Source: Candidatus Methylomirabilota bacterium (lineage in GTDB: Bacteria > Methylomirabilota > Methylomirabilia > Rokubacteriales > CSP1-6). From it: 60,036 nt of DNA. Where the stretch lies: contig JBKPCO010000068.1 in assembly GCA_046727415.1 (NCBI GenBank), positions 1 through 60,036 of the forward strand. The letters are read 5' to 3'. The first letter of the stretch is position 1, and each line of letters begins with the position of its first letter. This document shows, one piece after another, positions 57,713-60,036 of this stretch. Under the pieces are notes generated by a model, which was given only the letters and a program-made list of their open reading frames with translations, did no database searches and was not told the DNA's origin. The position numbers were made by a program, and so were the translations under genes.

Positions 57713-59074
57713 CTACTTCGCCCCCGAGCTCGACTCCGCGGGTGTGTTCGGCGCCAGCCGGACTTTCTGGCCGGCGCGCACCCGGTCCCCTCCCTCGACG
57801 ACGACCCGCTCCCCGGGCTTCAGCCCCTCCGTTACAACCCAGAGCGGGCCGACGCGCGTGTCGGCCTTGACCGTGCGGATGTCGACCGTGTCGTCGGGGC
57901 GGACCACCGCGACCTGATGAATGCCCTGCACGTCCTGGACGGCGCGCTGCGGGATCAAGAGCGCCGACTTCTTCACCTCGACGACGGCGCGGACCTTGGC
58001 GTACTGGCCAGGCCGCAGCAGATTGGTCGGATTCGGAAAGATGGCTCGCGCGAGCACGGTGCCGCTGGTGACGTCGACCTGTCGATCGAGAGCCGCCGCA
58101 CGCCCGCGCTGAGGGTAGACGGTGCCGTCTGCCAGAATCAGCTCCAGCTCGAGTCTGCTGCGCTCGCTCGGGTCCGCCGCCCACCGCCGCAACACGGTGA
58201 GAGCCCGTTGCTCGCTGACCGGGAATTCTGCGTAGATGGGATCGACCTGCGACACCGTCGTCAGCGGCGTGCTGTCAGTCGGCCCGACGTAGTCGCCGAT
58301 GTTCGCCCCACGGAAGCCGGCGACTCCGGCGATCGGCGACAGCACCTTGGTGTAGCCGAGGTTGAGTCTGGCGTCCGCGAGCGCGGCGCGTGCGGCGGAG
58401 ATGTTGGCCTCTTGCGTCTTGACGTCGGCCTGGGCTCGTTCGAGCGCGGCGCGCGACTGCGAGACGGTCGCCTGCGAGTTCAGGACCGCGGCTCGCGCTG
58501 CCGCCACCGCCGCCAGATTGGCTAGATTGCTCTGGACGGCGTTGTCGAGCTCTTGCTGGCTGACCGACCCGCGCTGGGCCAGCGGCGTATAACGGTTGAC
58601 GTCGAGCTCCGTCTGGCGCTGGGTCGCCTCGGCCCGCTTCACCTGGGCCTCGTCTTGGGCCACCTTCGCGATCGCCTGTTCGACCTGGGCCTGGCTGGCG
58701 CTGACCTGCGCCTTGGCCTGGGTCAATTGTGATTCCGCGAGGGTCAGCTTGGCGTCGGCTTGGTCGGCGGCAGCCTGGAACGGCCGAGGGTCGACCTGGA
58801 ACAGGAGGTCGCCCGCCTTGACCAGCGAGCCTTCCGAGTAGTTCTGGCTCACGAGGTGCCCCGCCACACGAGCCCGGATCTGCGCGTTGATGGAGCCAAC
58901 CAGCGTCCCGACATACTCGACGGAGATCGGCACGTCGCGCTCTACGACCGGCTCGACCTTCACGACGGGCGGCGGTGGCGTTGCGGTCGCACGAGACGCA
59001 TCGCCACATCCGGCAGCGGTGATCGTCGCCAGCGCGATCAGTGAGACTCCGAGCAGGGCGCGTGCGTCTCTCAT
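57713..59074 (-). CDS. RND efflux periplasmic adaptor subunit
   Basis: lipobox AAGC, IRARVAG, extended helical hairpin, LRPGQYAKV, GLKPGERVVVEG. Confidence 0.93.
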   Translation of the reverse strand: MRDARALLGVSLIALATITAAGCGDASRATATPPPPVVKVEPVVERDVPISVEYVGTLVGSINAQIRARVAGHLVSQNYSEGSLVKAGDLLFQVDPRPFQAAADQADAKLTLAESQLTQAKAQVSASQAQVEQAIAKVAQDEAQVKRAEATQRQTELDVNRYTPLAQRGSVSQQELDNAVQSNLANLAAVAAARAAVLNSQATVSQSRAALERAQADVKTQEANISAARAALADARLNLGYTKVLSPIAGVAGFRGANIGDYVGPTDSTPLTTVSQVDPIYAEFPVSEQRALTVLRRWAADPSERSRLELELILADGTVYPQRGRAAALDRQVDVTSGTVLARAIFPNPTNLLRPGQYAKVRAVVEVKKSALLIPQRAVQDVQGIHQVAVVRPDDTVDIRTVKADTRVGPLWVVTEGLKPGERVVVEGGDRVRAGQKVRLAPNTPAESSSGAK

Positions 59075-59093
59075 GTGGCTTCTTCCTTCATCC

Positions 59094-59125
59094 TCTTCGC
59101 ATCTACTTCTTCGCATCTACTTCTT
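59094..59125 (+). repeat. 14-bp tandem duplication (TCTTCGCATCTACT x2.3)
   Basis: duplicates the last codons and stop of the cytochrome gene. Confidence 0.7.
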
Positions 59126-59656
59126 TGCACAGCGAGCGTCGGCCTGCTGGAGCGCCTGGATCGCCTGATCGTTGAACGGGATCGGCGCGCACCCATGGCC
59201 CTTCTCGCATACGAAGTCGAAGCTGGCCGCCGGCTGATGACAGCTCAAGCACGTCTTGCCCTGGGAGAGATTCACGACGCTGTCGCCACGATCCCGGATT
59301 TTCGTGCCGGTCGGTGAGACCTCCAGCGCGAAGAATTCCCAGCCGTTGGTTTTCGGGAACTTCTCACGCGGATGCTTCACCATGGCCTCAAACGGAACCA
59401 GCTGGAGGATCGTGCCGACAGGATACTCCGTGTTCCGAACGCTGTCCCGGAAGATGCGCATCGCCTCCGCGAGCTCCTTGGGATCCGCATGCTTGATGCG
59501 CGTATTCCGGACCTGGGGCCAGTCGAGGATGCACCCAAAGGTCTGCTCTGACACAGAGACGTCAGCTGCGGACGTGACGCCTATCATCCAGCAGGCTAAC
59601 CCAACACTCACGCCAATGGCGACACCGAGGAACAGGGAGCACAGGCTGGCTCTCAT
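59117..59656 (-). CDS. secreted c-type cytochrome, cytochrome P460/c'-beta-like
   Basis: signal peptide, YPVGTIL, MVKH...NGWEFF, C-terminal CLSCH followed by DFV. Confidence 0.7.
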   Translation of the reverse strand: MRASLCSLFLGVAIGVSVGLACWMIGVTSAADVSVSEQTFGCILDWPQVRNTRIKHADPKELAEAMRIFRDSVRNTEYPVGTILQLVPFEAMVKHPREKFPKTNGWEFFALEVSPTGTKIRDRGDSVVNLSQGKTCLSCHQPAASFDFVCEKGHGCAPIPFNDQAIQALQQADARCAKK

Positions 59657-59691
59657 TCGTTTCCTCTCAAGAATCCTCTCCGGCGCGTGCG

Positions 59692-59981
59692 CTAGCGCTG
59701 GTTGCGCGGATCATCTGTCGGGTTCAGGTACTCGAGGCCCAAGGGGCCAATTCCCGTCACCTGGGTGATGTACTCCCCCGATTTGGCCCAGTGGAAGTGG
59801 GATGTAGAAGACGTCGGACATGACCGTGTAGATGCGGTCCTCCGGGTGCTTGTGCGGCATGAGTTTCACGCCGGACGGCACCTTGACGCGAACAACGTAG
59901 GGGCCGGGTTCCGAAGGTTCGCCGACGACCACCGCGAGGCGAGCGGAAGGCGGCTTGGCTGGGCTGATGGGAGCGCGTCAT
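59692..59981 (-). pseudogene. cupin-domain pseudogene split across three frames
   Basis: MTRSHQPSQAAFRS / PPSARLAVVVGEP...PHKHPEDRIYTVMS / HFHWAKSGEYITQVTGIGP...DDPR* in three different frames. Confidence 0.75.
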
Positions 59982-59985
59982 CGCG

Positions 59986-60036
59986 CTACTCCTCAGGACG
60001 CGAGCCCAGGCTGGAGTGGCAGCTTGCGCAGCCGCT
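59986..60036 (-). CDS. C-terminal end of a probable c-type cytochrome (runs off window)
   Basis: SGCASCHSSLGSRPEE*, CxxCH heme motif; stop 4 nt before the cupin ATG. Confidence 0.55.
   Translation of the reverse strand, partial: SGCASCHSSLGSRPEE

Noticed and set aside
55149-58184. 1011-aa alternative-frame ORF and many other long overlapping or antisense ORFs (e.g. 8087-10348, 19480-21024)
   Set aside because: R/G/A/P-rich shadow frames of well-supported genes, expected at this GC content

Overview
High-GC bacterial chromosomal segment. Gene style and content suggest Candidatus Rokubacteria/Methylomirabilota, which is inference only. No intact rRNA, tRNA, CRISPR array, transposase or prophage was seen. 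Main content: a secreted beta-helix protein behind a sigma54-type promoter; an ECF sigma/VOC/MFS operon; a DUF899 - large HTH regulator - beta-propeller module; an aminotransferase plus hydantoinase A/B operon; a molybdopterin oxidoreductase; a rich arsenic cluster (arsC, MIP channel, arsR, arsI, arsM, ArsK-like MFS, arsN1, MFS); a general-stress region (DUF6496, CBS, treZ, treY); a tandemly duplicated membrane protein; a DUF6582-nucleotide cyclase fusion; and an RND efflux operon preceded by c-type cytochromes. The most notable unexplained signal is a TTGTNACTCCC-N19/20-TA motif found three times: upstream of DUF899, inside the last codons of the HTH gene, and as a 34/42-nt identical copy 44 kb away upstream of a DinB-like gene. 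This suggests an uncharacterised regulon. Also seen: a 32-aa ultra-basic ORF missed by the ORF track, a Tat/RiPP-leader-like peptide, a decayed tRNA-fMet half and several deletion scars. Family names are from motif recognition, not database searches.
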